Assembly (NCBI GenBank): GCA_964630405.1
Contig: CAZVUC010000056.1
Location: 8,499 to 72,498 of the forward strand
DNA from: an uncultured Syntrophobacterales bacterium
GTDB lineage: Bacteria > Desulfobacterota > Binatia > UBA9968 > JAJDTQ01
Length of the DNA stretch: 64,000 nucleotides
Direction: 5' to 3'
Positions 19,430 through 29,089 of the stretch are shown here, in pieces (positions within the stretch are counted from its first letter, which is position 1; each line of letters begins with the position of its first letter). A model generated the notes under the pieces. The model was not told where the DNA came from. It searched no databases and saw only the letters and a program-made list of their open reading frames with translations. The translations under genes were made by a program, and so were the position numbers.

Positions 19430-20782
19430 CTAGGAATCCTTCTTGGGTAGACCGGACTCGGTGAGACCCGGCAGGATGACCTCGTCACGCTGCGCCATCG
19501 GCACGGTAGCGTCTATCCCCACCTTCACCACCTGTTCGCTCGATGGGTCCCGGGAGGCGTCGATGCGGGAGCCGAGGCCCTGATCCAGGGTGATCTGCTC
19601 CGGCCGTCCCACCCGTGTCGCCTGGGCCCACTCCACCTGGGCCGGGTCGCGAATATCGATGTCATCGTCCACGATCACCACGCGCTTGAGGTATCCGTAG
19701 GCGCCGAACAGGCCCTCTATGAGCCGGCGCGGCATGCCGTCGTCCAGCTTGCGCAGGGACGCCACCGCATGGAAATTGCGCCCGGCGGGCGGAAAGTGGA
19801 CGTCGTAGGCGGCGCCCAGGTCGAGGCCCAGGACCCTTGCCCGCCCCGCGGCCTGGTAGTCGTGCCAGAAATCGTTGTTGCGTGACTTGAAGTGCTCCCG
19901 GGAATTGAACCCCAGCACGGTATGGTAGATGGGGTCGCGCCGCGTGGTGATGGCGGAGACTTCCACCACCGGCTGTTGTCCGGCCGAAGTCACCTGTCCC
20001 GTAATGTCGGCGAAAGGACCTTCGAACCGCGTCCGGTCCGGGCTGATCCGGCCTTCGATGACGATCTCGGCATGAGCCGGCACCTCCAGGTCCACGGTCA
20101 GGGCCGGCACCACCTCCAAGGGCCGCCTCAGCAGCGCTCCGGCCACACCGAGCTCGTCGGCCCGCGGACCCACCGGCCAGAATGCCGCGACGAACAGCGC
20201 CGGGTCGACGCCGATGCACACGGCGACGTCGACGCCGCGCCCCGCGGCCTGTGCGTCGCCCAAGACCCTGTGGCCGTCGTGGAAGCGGTTGGTCATGACG
20301 GTAAGTTCATGTGGACCATGAATCTGGATACGGTAAATGCCTGCATTCCTTCGTTTTCCATCGTCGGTAATCACGACGCCCGAGGTGATGTAGGGTCCGC
20401 CGTCGCCGGGAAAGTGCGTGGGTATCGGAAGCTGTTCCAGTCCCAATTCGGGAGCGAACCGGACTTCCTGGCACCCCCCATAAACGCCACGTCGGGGAGC
20501 GACCGGGCGGGCGATGGCCCCTTCCAGCCGCTGCGCGAACTCGGCCATGCTGCTCATGCGCAGACCAAGAAGGTGGCGCCGGGTGTTGCCGTACAGACCC
20601 GCGGCCACCGGGATGCTGTGCCCCCGGACCGCACGGAACAGGAACGCCTTGTTGTCTCCGCGTTCGCTGGCGTCGACGTGAGCGGCGAGCTCGTGTACCA
20701 GCAAGACGGGCTGCTTCACCTCGATCAGCTCACCCTGTTCTTTCAGCCGGCTCAGAAACCAGCGGAAGCCCACATCCGCCAT
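19430..20782 (-). CDS. UbiD-family prFMN-dependent decarboxylase
   Basis: PIPTHFPGDGGPYITSG, NAGIYR, VPAHAEIVIEG, EGPFADITG, IVDDDIDI and KVGIDAT motifs. GGAGGAG RBS. Confidence 0.9.
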   Translation of the reverse strand: MADVGFRWFLSRLKEQGELIEVKQPVLLVHELAAHVDASERGDNKAFLFRAVRGHSIPVAAGLYGNTRRHLLGLRMSSMAEFAQRLEGAIARPVAPRRGVYGGCQEVRFAPELGLEQLPIPTHFPGDGGPYITSGVVITDDGKRRNAGIYRIQIHGPHELTVMTNRFHDGHRVLGDAQAAGRGVDVAVCIGVDPALFVAAFWPVGPRADELGVAGALLRRPLEVVPALTVDLEVPAHAEIVIEGRISPDRTRFEGPFADITGQVTSAGQQPVVEVSAITTRRDPIYHTVLGFNSREHFKSRNNDFWHDYQAAGRARVLGLDLGAAYDVHFPPAGRNFHAVASLRKLDDGMPRRLIEGLFGAYGYLKRVVIVDDDIDIRDPAQVEWAQATRVGRPEQITLDQGLGSRIDASRDPSSEQVVKVGIDATVPMAQRDEVILPGLTESGLPKKDS

Positions 20783-20882
20783 GACTCCTCCGTGGCTCCT
20801 CACCTATCACACGGATGTTTCGGCGGATAGCGCCTGCTCCTGCCGCCTTCCAAAATCACCGCCGCCGCCGCATAATGCGGCC

Positions 20883-22301
20883 ATGAAGGAGCTTGCCTTT
20901 ACGTCGGTTCACGAGCTGGCGCGCCTGACAAGGACGCGCCAAGTCTCGCCGCGCGAACTCGTCGTCCTGTTCCTCGAACGCATCGCCCGGTTCGATCCCA
21001 CCCTGAACGCCTACCTCACGGTGAACGAGGAAGAAGCGAGACGGACCGCCACGGAGGCCGAGACGGCAGCCATGCGAATCGACCGTTTGCCGCCGCTCTT
21101 CGGAATACCGGTAGCCGTCAAGGACCTGGAGTTCACCCGGGGACTCCGGAGCACGGGCGGCTCCCTGGCCTACCGGGAACACGTGCCCTCGGAAGACTCC
21201 ATCGTGGTGGAACGGCTGCGAAACGCGGGGGCCATTGTACTGGGGAAGACGAACACGCCCGAATTCGGCTCCTACGGCCAGACCTGGAACCGGCTGAGCG
21301 AAGACTGCCGCACCCCCTGGGACACGGCCCGGACCTCGGGGGGCTCCAGCGGCGGCAGCGCGGCCGCGGTGGCGGCCGGCCTGGCGCCTGTCGCGACCGG
21401 CACCGACGGGGCCGGTTCCATCAGGGCGCCCGCCGCCTTCTGCGGCGTGTACGGCTTCAAGCCGAGCTTCGGACGGATCCCCATGCACGGCGGGTTCCTG
21501 GGGCTTCCACTCCACACCTGCCCCGGACCGCTGACCCGATCGGTCCGGGACGCCGCCCTCATGCTCTCGGTGCTGTGCGGCCACGACCCCCGGGACCCCA
21601 ACTCCACGCGGCAGCCGCCACCGGATTTTCTCGGGGCGCTGAGCCGTCCGGTCCAGGACCTGCGCGTCGCCTGGAGCCCGAATCTCGGGTTCGCTCACGT
21701 CGATGCCGAAACCCGGAACCTGGCGGAAGCGGCGGCGAAGACCCTGGAAACCTCGGGCTGCCGGCTGGAGGCCGAAGACCCGCCCGTCGACGCCGACCTC
21801 TTCGAGGTGGCGGACCCGGTCCGGAACGCGGACAAGTACGCCGCCTGGGGACACTTGCTCAGGAACCGCCCCGGCGATTTGACGCCCTACGTCCGGTCGG
21901 TGCTGGAACGCGGAAGCCGGGTCACCGGCGAGGAATATTCCAATTCGCTCCGGGAGCTGGAGCGCCTCAATCACAGGATGGCGGACTTCTTCGAGCGATA
22001 CGACGTGCTGCTGACGCCGACGACCCCGGTTCCAGCCTATCCGGTAAGACAACCCCCGAAGACGATCGAGGGTTTCGAGGTGCCCCATTACGCCAGCACG
22101 ACGCTGCTGACGATTTTATGGAACCTCACCGGCCAGCCCGCCGCCTCCCTGCCCTGCGGGCTGACGGAGAAGGGCTTGCCCGTGGGGTTGCAGATCATCG
22201 GCCGCGGTGGCGACGACGCGACGGTGCTTCGGGCCTCCCGGGCGTTGGAGCAGGCGAGGCCCTGGCCCGCTGGGGTTCGGATACAAGGCCACGCACCCTG
22301 A
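20883..22301 (+). CDS. Amidase-signature family hydrolase
   Basis: VAVKDL, GKTNTPEFG, GGSSGGSAAAVAAG, TDGAGSIR and LPVGLQI motifs. Confidence 0.92.
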   Translation: MKELAFTSVHELARLTRTRQVSPRELVVLFLERIARFDPTLNAYLTVNEEEARRTATEAETAAMRIDRLPPLFGIPVAVKDLEFTRGLRSTGGSLAYREHVPSEDSIVVERLRNAGAIVLGKTNTPEFGSYGQTWNRLSEDCRTPWDTARTSGGSSGGSAAAVAAGLAPVATGTDGAGSIRAPAAFCGVYGFKPSFGRIPMHGGFLGLPLHTCPGPLTRSVRDAALMLSVLCGHDPRDPNSTRQPPPDFLGALSRPVQDLRVAWSPNLGFAHVDAETRNLAEAAAKTLETSGCRLEAEDPPVDADLFEVADPVRNADKYAAWGHLLRNRPGDLTPYVRSVLERGSRVTGEEYSNSLRELERLNHRMADFFERYDVLLTPTTPVPAYPVRQPPKTIEGFEVPHYASTTLLTILWNLTGQPAASLPCGLTEKGLPVGLQIIGRGGDDATVLRASRALEQARPWPAGVRIQGHAP

Positions 22302-22305
22302 ACGC

Positions 22306-22339
22306 AACGCCGGAGAAATGCATGCATTTCCCCGGCGTT
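22306..22339. terminator. Near-perfect palindrome between convergent genes (probable bidirectional terminator)
   Basis: AACGCCGGAGAAATGCA|TGCATTTCCCCGGCGTT; U-tracts are weak. Confidence 0.55.
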
Positions 22340-22410
22340 CCGGCCGACCGCCGCGCCGGATCGCACCTCCGAAGCGACGGGGTTCGTCCGGCGCGGCCTA
22401 TCGACAATAC

Positions 22411-23415
22411 TTACGGCACGAACAGACCGTCGATATGAGCCTCCGCCTCCTTGGGGAAAATCCCCAGGGCGATGCCGTCTTTCAGGTACTGTTTCTGATT
22501 CGCCAGGTTCTTCGGGTTCGGCCACTTGAAGTCAGCCGGAAGCAGGAAAGGCCTCACCCGCTTGTAGCCGAGGTCGACGACGTCCTTCCCCTCCAGCCCG
22601 AAGATCTTCTTGGCGTACTTCGCGAAGTGTTCAGGGTCATTCTGTACGCCGGCGATCATATCCTGCCACGCGGCGCGAATCTTGCCGACGACTCCGGGGT
22701 TCTTCTTCGCCCAGGCTTCCTGCGCTCCGACCCAGCCGAACATGTGGATGTCCTTGTTCAGCACCTTGGTGATCACGTCTCCCAGCTTCGCGATGGAGCG
22801 GTATTTCCCCGTGGCCATCATCCGGGTGACGTGCGCTTCCCAGTGGAGCGCGGCTTCCACCTCGCCCTTCTCCATCACCGCGATGATGCCGGCGGCGCCC
22901 AGCTTCTTGAGCTCGAAGTCCTTCTCGATGGAGACACCCTGCTTCCGCATCATGAAGTCGAACAGGTTGTAGGCCGAGGTGACTTCCCGCGGCACGGCGA
23001 TGGACTTCCCCTTGAGGTCGGCGATGGACTTGTAAGGGGAATCCTTGCGGACCAGGATGTAGTTGTGCATCGTCCGCATGTAAGGCTGCACCAGTTTGAG
23101 CGGAATGCCCTTCATGTTGGCGCGCAGGGCAGACTCCACGGTGGCCAGACCCACCGGAATGGCGCCGATGGCGATGAGACGCTCGACGTTGGCCACGCCG
23201 CCCCAGCGGGGCTTGGCGACAAAGCCGTGCTTGCGGTCGAGCTTCTTGTCGATCATGTACTGGCCGCCCAGGCCGAAGACGCCGCCGGAAGGCAAGCCGA
23301 ACTCCACCACGGGCAGATCCGCGCTCAGGGCCGGCACCGAGAGGCCCGGACCCAACAGGAACAGCCCCGCGGCCAGGACCAGCAGACGAAACCGTTTGAT
23401 TCTCGCGATCATCAT
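22411..23415 (-). CDS. ABC substrate-binding protein (SsuA/TauA/NMT1-like)
   Basis: Signal peptide, SIADLKGKSIAV, GEVEAALHWE; downstream of the ATPase and permease. Confidence 0.85.
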   Translation of the reverse strand: MMIARIKRFRLLVLAAGLFLLGPGLSVPALSADLPVVEFGLPSGGVFGLGGQYMIDKKLDRKHGFVAKPRWGGVANVERLIAIGAIPVGLATVESALRANMKGIPLKLVQPYMRTMHNYILVRKDSPYKSIADLKGKSIAVPREVTSAYNLFDFMMRKQGVSIEKDFELKKLGAAGIIAVMEKGEVEAALHWEAHVTRMMATGKYRSIAKLGDVITKVLNKDIHMFGWVGAQEAWAKKNPGVVGKIRAAWQDMIAGVQNDPEHFAKYAKKIFGLEGKDVVDLGYKRVRPFLLPADFKWPNPKNLANQKQYLKDGIALGIFPKEAEAHIDGLFVP

Positions 23416-24185
23416 GCTTCCTCCTTCACCAGGTTGAGTATGGTTTCCAGCACTTCCTTCTTGAACTCGATGAACCGCATGTCGTCGGTATCCCGCTCCG
23501 ATGACTTCAGGGGGTTCTCGTAGACCGCGGCGATGCGCGCCGGCCGGGCGGAGAATATCACGATCCGGTCTCCCATGTAGGCCGACTCCTCGACGTCGTG
23601 GGTCACCAGCAAGGCGGTCTGCTTCAACCGGGAGCAGATCTGGAGCGTGTCTTCCCGCAACTGCCGCGCCGTGAGCTGGTCGAGCTTGCTGTAGGGCTCG
23701 TCCATCAGCAGCACCTGCGGCTCGATCACAAGCCCGCGCGCCAGACCCACGCGTTGCCGCATGCCGCCGGACAGGTACAGGGGGTACTGCTTGCGGAAGT
23801 CCGTCAGGCCCACCAGCGACAGGTACTTGTCCAGCCGCTCGTCCCACTCGTCCGCCGGCACGTCCATGCCCCTGAGAGCGAATTTCAGGTTGTCCTCCAC
23901 CCGCTTCCAGTTGAGCAGCCTCGGGTCCTGGAACACGTAGCCCAACTGCGGGTGTGCCTGCCCATCGTCCTCGCTCTCCGAAATGATCTCCACCCGCCCG
24001 TGGTCGAGGCGTTCGAGTCCGGTGATGATGTTCAATAGCGTCGACTTGCCGCAGCCCGACGGGCCCAGAAGCGCCGTGATGCCGTATTCCTTCGTGTCGA
24101 AGGAGATGCCGTCCAACACCTTCAGCGGCGAGCCGTCCTCGCGGGAAAAGAACTTGACCGCTTCGTCAATCCGTACGTAGGCCAA
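23412..24185 (-). CDS. ABC ATP-binding protein (NitT/TauB type)
   Basis: Walker A GPSGCGKS, LSGGMRQR, Walker B LLMDEP, H-loop VTHD. TTG start after GGAGGAG. Confidence 0.92.
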   Translation of the reverse strand: MAYVRIDEAVKFFSREDGSPLKVLDGISFDTKEYGITALLGPSGCGKSTLLNIITGLERLDHGRVEIISESEDDGQAHPQLGYVFQDPRLLNWKRVEDNLKFALRGMDVPADEWDERLDKYLSLVGLTDFRKQYPLYLSGGMRQRVGLARGLVIEPQVLLMDEPYSKLDQLTARQLREDTLQICSRLKQTALLVTHDVEESAYMGDRIVIFSARPARIAAVYENPLKSSERDTDDMRFIEFKKEVLETILNLVKEEA

Positions 24186-24186
24186 C

Positions 24187-25041
24187 CTATCTCCTCCAGG
24201 CCTCGACGCGCGGCCGCCAGCGTGTGACGCTGCGCTCCAGGACGCCGACCACACCGAACTCGAGAAAGATCATCACGATCAGGAACGTGATGGCCCAGGC
24301 CAGCACCCCTTTCACCGAGAAGAGGTCGAACTGGTGCATGACCTGATAGCCGACGCCGTTGCTGAAGCCGAACCCTTCGACCAGCACGATCACCTTCCAC
24401 GCCAACCCCAGGCCGTATCGGATGGCGGCGAGGATATGCGACACCAACTGCGGCAGGATCACGTCCACCAGCTTGGAATACACGCTGGCGTGAAACGCCG
24501 TACTCATGTCGATCAGATCCTTGTCGATCGACTTGGTCCCCTGCCAGATGCTGATGGTGAGCATGGGAGAGATGGTCACGGCCACCGCGAGGTAGGCGCT
24601 GACCTCCTTGATGCCGAAAACCATGATCATCAAGAGCGCCCAGATGAGGCCCGGCATGGTGAGACCCAGGATCACCGGAGGCTCGAAGAAGCTTTCCTGG
24701 TTCCTGAAGCTCCCCATGATAATCCCAAGGGGCGTGCTGATCACCATGGCAAGGCCGAATCCGACGAACACGCGCCAAAGCGTGTTGCCCATGTGGTGAT
24801 ACAGTTCCCCCGACTTGATGATGACGCCTACTTCCCCGAACGTTTCCCACGGCCTCGGCACCAGGGCCGGCGGAAAGAAAAGACTCATCCCCCACCATGC
24901 AAGGACGAGCGCCAAGATGGAGCCCACGCGGAGAGAGACGTCCCAGCCGGCCTCGGTAAAGACGGAAGAGGTTTTCCGGGGCCCTCTGAGGGGTTCCGTG
25001 TCGGGTGTCGGGACGAGCGTCAGCTCCTCCTGTTTCGCCAT
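24187..25041 (-). CDS. ABC permease (NitT/TauC type)
   Basis: TM segments, an EAA-like loop (IDKDLIDMSTAF), LGLAWKVIVLVE. Confidence 0.9.
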   Translation of the reverse strand: MAKQEELTLVPTPDTEPLRGPRKTSSVFTEAGWDVSLRVGSILALVLAWWGMSLFFPPALVPRPWETFGEVGVIIKSGELYHHMGNTLWRVFVGFGLAMVISTPLGIIMGSFRNQESFFEPPVILGLTMPGLIWALLMIMVFGIKEVSAYLAVAVTISPMLTISIWQGTKSIDKDLIDMSTAFHASVYSKLVDVILPQLVSHILAAIRYGLGLAWKVIVLVEGFGFSNGVGYQVMHQFDLFSVKGVLAWAITFLIVMIFLEFGVVGVLERSVTRWRPRVEAWRR

Positions 25042-25169
25042 GGATGATGTCTCCTGATACGAACGACCGAATTCGCCGCCAAGCGGCCGATGTTAGTCGA
25101 TGGCATTGGTGGCTGTCAAATGAACTTCCCCCGGGCCTTTCACCCGTCATCGGGTTATGGAGGCGCCCC

Positions 25170-26018
25170 TCAGGTGACCCAGAGCTGGTCGGCCGGGAGC
25201 CCGATGGCGGCCCGGGCCAGCCGGACCTGCTCCCTGGTCGTAATCACCCGAAAGGACCGCGCCGTCTTGATGGCCCAGAAGGTCTCCTCCTGAATCTCCC
25301 GGGTGGTGGCGTATTTCTTGAGGATGTCCAGCACGCCGCCGCCGTGGAGCTGGTCCTTGGCCTGGTGGAGGCCGGCATTCATCAGGGAACCGTGCGGTAT
25401 GCCGCACAGCTTCTCCACGGTGTTGGCGCTGGCCGCCCAAGGGCCCTCGAACTCGCCCTTGTCGAGATATCCGCGCTTGACCGCCACCCGGATGCTTTCC
25501 AGGCCGCCGATGGCGGCGAAGCCGCCCTGCCACGTCAGGGTACGGCTCAGGTTGTCCAGCGCGTGCATGCAGGCCATGAAGACCGGCGTCGGCTCGAACG
25601 CCTCCGCTTCCTCACGGGTGATGCCGAGCTGCCGGGAGTCGTGGTACAGCACCTCGATGTGGCACATGCCGTCGGCGTCCGGATCGGTCACCTCCTCGTC
25701 CCAGCAATCGTGCAGAATCTCGCGGCGGACGTCCTGGTAGGGGCACCTGGCGGCGATGTTCATCAGATAGCTGGGAAACATCTTGGCGAAGAAGCTGTGG
25801 TTCATCTGCCACACGCCGAAGTATCGCTTGGCCTTTTCAGGGTCGCTCCGGACCTCGTCGGGTATGGGCGGATGATTATGGTAGGTCCGCACGACGTCGG
25901 CCTGTGCCTGCAGGAACCGCCCTTCGTACTCCTCCGGGGAGAGAGGCGGGCCATCCGCCTCCGGAGGAACCCTGAAATAGGTCTTGGTGGTAATGACATC
26001 CGCTTGAGTATCCGCCAT
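25170..26018 (-). CDS. CADD/PqqC-like heme-oxygenase-like diiron oxidase (HDO)
   Basis: DEE...HIEVL, GGLES and H-x3-D-x2-H (HQAKDQLH) match the six-ligand CADD-type dimetal pattern. Confidence 0.75.
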   Translation of the reverse strand: MADTQADVITTKTYFRVPPEADGPPLSPEEYEGRFLQAQADVVRTYHNHPPIPDEVRSDPEKAKRYFGVWQMNHSFFAKMFPSYLMNIAARCPYQDVRREILHDCWDEEVTDPDADGMCHIEVLYHDSRQLGITREEAEAFEPTPVFMACMHALDNLSRTLTWQGGFAAIGGLESIRVAVKRGYLDKGEFEGPWAASANTVEKLCGIPHGSLMNAGLHQAKDQLHGGGVLDILKKYATTREIQEETFWAIKTARSFRVITTREQVRLARAAIGLPADQLWVT

Positions 26019-26138
26019 CGTTACCCCTCCTTGTTTCCAAACATGCCGGCGCCATCGGCTTGTCCCGGCGGTATCAGAACGGCTGTAGCGTGTCAACGAA
26101 GGCGCCGGGGACGCTGCCGCGCACTTTACTCCGCATGT

Positions 26139-26154
26139 GGGTATTGATATACCC
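26139..26154. promoter_or_regulatory. Palindromic operator candidate in the divergent HDO/Rieske promoter region
   Basis: GGGTAT-TGAT-ATACCC, 45 nt upstream of the Rieske ATG. A minus-strand TTGACA also lies at 26091-26096. Confidence 0.4.
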
Positions 26155-26199
26155 GCTGCCGAATCGTCCCGAGTCAGGTCCCCAACGAGGAGGATCGTC

Positions 26200-27381
26200 A
26201 TGCGAAGCGCCTACGGTCTCAAGATTCCCGAGATAGACCCCGAGCTCACCCGGGTGGGGCCGGGCACGCCGTGCGGCGAATTGATGCGGCGGTACTGGCA
26301 GCCGGTCTGCCTGTCGGCCGACCTGACCGACCTGCCCAAGCGCATCCGCATCCTCGGCGAGGACCTGATCGCCTTCCGGGACGGAAAGGGACGCGCCGGG
26401 CTGCTGTTCTTCCGTTGCAGCCACCGGGGCACCTCGCTGGAATACGGGCGGGTGGAACGGGACGGGCTCCGCTGCTGCTATCACGGCTGGCTCTACGACG
26501 TGGAAGGCCGCATCCTCGACATGCCGCTGGAGCCGCCCGAGAGCACTGTCAAGGACCACCTCTGGCACCCCGCCTACCCGGTGCAGGAGTTCGGCGGGCT
26601 GCTGTTCGCCTACATGGGTCCCCTGGACAAGATGCCGCTTCTGCCCCGCTATGACGTGCTGCAGGCGGAAGGGGGCACGCTGAAGCCGCGCTTCGGCCCC
26701 CGCGTGGGCGGCGCCCAGGACTGCAACTGGCTGCAGAGCGAGGAGAACCTCATGGACGCGCTCCATGCGGTGTGGCTGCACACGGTCCACAGCGGAGCCC
26801 AGTTCCCCACCCAGGCCCATTCGACGCTGCCGGAAAAGCTGGCCTACGAGGAGACCGACATCGGCATGCGATTCATCATGACCCGGAAGCTCGACGACGG
26901 GCGCTGGGCCGACGTCATCTGGGAGAACATCATGCCGCTCAACGTGCACCTGACCTACACGGACGAGCCGGTGACGGAGAAGGTGAACCAGGTGTCCTTC
27001 TGCGTTCCCGTGGACGATACCCACCAGCTCGGCGCCAACATCCGGTGGATTCCGGACGGCGCCGACCCGTCGGAGCTGTCGGGTCGCGAGAAGCTCGCCC
27101 CCGCGGGCCGGGGACCCCGGGACTACGAATACAGCCAGCGCTACCCCGACGACAAGGAGGCCCAGGAGGGCCAGGGCGAAATCGTGATCCACGCCATGGA
27201 ACGTCACGTGAGCTCGGACGAGGGCGTGCTGCTGTTCCGGAAGATCCTCAAGACCGCCATCGACGACGTCAAGGCCGGCAGGGACCCCAAGGGGATCATC
27301 AGGGATCCCGACCGGGCCGCATGCGTGCCCACCACCGCGGGAGCGATCGTGCACGCGGCCCGGCCCGCCCACGTGGCCTGA
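26200..27381 (+). CDS. Rieske non-heme iron oxygenase large subunit (phthalate 4,5-dioxygenase-like)
   Basis: CSH...CCYH Rieske ligands, ENLMDALHAVWLH Fe site and C-terminal SDEG. GAGGAGG RBS. Confidence 0.92.
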   Translation: MRSAYGLKIPEIDPELTRVGPGTPCGELMRRYWQPVCLSADLTDLPKRIRILGEDLIAFRDGKGRAGLLFFRCSHRGTSLEYGRVERDGLRCCYHGWLYDVEGRILDMPLEPPESTVKDHLWHPAYPVQEFGGLLFAYMGPLDKMPLLPRYDVLQAEGGTLKPRFGPRVGGAQDCNWLQSEENLMDALHAVWLHTVHSGAQFPTQAHSTLPEKLAYEETDIGMRFIMTRKLDDGRWADVIWENIMPLNVHLTYTDEPVTEKVNQVSFCVPVDDTHQLGANIRWIPDGADPSELSGREKLAPAGRGPRDYEYSQRYPDDKEAQEGQGEIVIHAMERHVSSDEGVLLFRKILKTAIDDVKAGRDPKGIIRDPDRAACVPTTAGAIVHAARPAHVA

Positions 27382-27412
27382 CGGGCCGGCGTCTTCGATC
27401 CCTGCCCTTCGT

Positions 27413-28567
27413 TCAGGCCCTGCCCGTCTCGGGGTCCAGGCCGTAGAAGCGGGCGACGTTGTCCACCAGCAGCTTCCGCTTGGTGTCCTCGCCGATGTCC
27501 GTGCGCTTCAGAAAGACGCTGACCGAGTCCACCAGCCGGTCGCCGTGCGGGATGTCGGAGCCGTAGAGCCAGCACTCGTCGCCGAACTCCTCGACGGCGA
27601 ACGGCAGGAGCCGCTCATCCACCTCGAAGCCGAAGTAGACCTGGCCCCGGCGGATGTACTCCTCCGGTTTGTGTCTGCCCAGATAGCCGCGGTTGAAATC
27701 CGCTCCGGCCCGGGCGTGGCCGAGGCCGCTGTAGTCCGCCACCCGCTCCACCACCGCCGGCACCCACGAACAGCCGGCCTCCAGGAAGGCGATGCGGAGG
27801 TCGGGATAGCGGTCGGCGATTCCCTTGGAGATGACCCGCTGGAACGCGAACTGCACCGTGAGCCAGAAAGCCATGCTGGTCTTGTCGTGATGCGTGTCGC
27901 AGACCTCGCCCAGGGCGCGGAAGCTGTGGCCGGTATGCACCGCCACCGGCAGACCGGCGGCCGCCGCGGCCTCCCAGACGGGCTCCATGGAATCGTCGTC
28001 CACCCGGTGGTGGCCGGTCATGCCCAGCATCATCACGCCCACCGAGCCCATCTCCTTGGTGCGCTGAACCTCCCGCGCGGATGCCTCGGGATCGATGGGG
28101 TCGATGATGGTGACCCACTTGAGCCGTTCCGGCGCCTGGCCGGTCATGTCCGCGATCCAGTTGTTGTAGGCCCGCATCATGGCCACGGACAGCTCCCGGT
28201 CGAAGGTAATCGGGTAGGAAAGGAACATGGTGGGATAGATCACCTGGAGCTGGGTGTTCTCCCGGTCCAGTTGCTCGAGGCGGGCCGCCACCGTGCGCAG
28301 CTCGGCGCTCTCCACCGGGTCCGCCGCGTTGATGCCCGGCGTGACCGCCGCCGGCCGGCCGTCCTTGCTCAGCGGGAAACCGGCCTGCTGGTACGGCCCG
28401 GTCCGGACCGGGAACGCCCGGGTGTCGATCAGCCAGCGCAGCGCCCGGTCCGGACCGATCTCGATCACCTCCGGCCTGCGGGACCGGAGATCGGCGTGCC
28501 AATACTTGTCGGAGAATGTGACCTCGGACTCGGAAACGTGTCCGTCCGCATCCCACGCCTTGATCAT
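27413..28567 (-). CDS. Amidohydrolase_2 family protein
   Basis: WDADGHV, AVHTG, AFLEAGCSWVP and GSDIPHGD motifs. Confidence 0.88.
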   Translation of the reverse strand: MIKAWDADGHVSESEVTFSDKYWHADLRSRRPEVIEIGPDRALRWLIDTRAFPVRTGPYQQAGFPLSKDGRPAAVTPGINAADPVESAELRTVAARLEQLDRENTQLQVIYPTMFLSYPITFDRELSVAMMRAYNNWIADMTGQAPERLKWVTIIDPIDPEASAREVQRTKEMGSVGVMMLGMTGHHRVDDDSMEPVWEAAAAAGLPVAVHTGHSFRALGEVCDTHHDKTSMAFWLTVQFAFQRVISKGIADRYPDLRIAFLEAGCSWVPAVVERVADYSGLGHARAGADFNRGYLGRHKPEEYIRRGQVYFGFEVDERLLPFAVEEFGDECWLYGSDIPHGDRLVDSVSVFLKRTDIGEDTKRKLLVDNVARFYGLDPETGRA

Positions 28568-28702
28568 GCTCTTCCCTTCCCTCGTATCCTCATGTGCGAA
28601 AGGGGCATCATATACCACCCGGCGCCACCCTCAAAAACCTATGGCTTGACTATCGGCGTTATGTGCCGATAGGTATAAAAAACGAAAGCGAGGAGGACTG
28701 CG

Positions 28703-28954
28703 ATGCCGGACGGAACCGAAGACCGCATGACCAAGCTCGAAACGGCATTCGAGACCATACTGCCTCATCTGGCCACGAAGGCGGATCTGGCGAATTTTGA
28801 AACCGTACTGCCCCATCTGGCAACCAAGGCGGATCTGGCGAAGCTGGAGACGGATCTCGTCAGGGCCATAAGCAAACTCGAGTCCAAAATGATGTGGGGA
28901 GCGCTGGGGTTGTTGGTCGGGATGGCGACGATCATCGTCAAGCTGTTCACTTGA
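28703..28954 (+). CDS. Small coiled-coil protein with C-terminal TM anchor and ATKADL repeats (DUF1640/Bdr-like)
   Basis: GAGGAGG RBS; two FET(I/V)LPHLATKADLA repeats; hydrophobic C-terminus; followed by a terminator. Confidence 0.75.
   Translation: MPDGTEDRMTKLETAFETILPHLATKADLANFETVLPHLATKADLAKLETDLVRAISKLESKMMWGALGLLVGMATIIVKLFT
28748..28843 (+). repeat. 48-nt imperfect tandem repeat (2 copies) inside the DUF1640-like gene
   Basis: Units 28748-28795 and 28796-28843 differ at 7 of 48 positions; 5 differences are synonymous. Confidence 0.9.
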
Positions 28955-28976
28955 CCGGAGGGGACTCGCCATGCAG

Positions 28977-29015
28977 AAAGGGGACACCATACTCCGTGGC
29001 GTCCCCTTTGTCTTT
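28977..29015 (+). terminator. Rho-independent terminator
   Basis: AAAGGGGACACCA-loop-TGGCGTCCCCTTT followed by GTCTTT. Confidence 0.7.
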
Positions 29016-29089
29016 CGGCCGCACACGGGGCCGGATCACGACCGTACACCGAACAGGACCTTCATGATCATCCGGCGAGGGAGAAGAAC

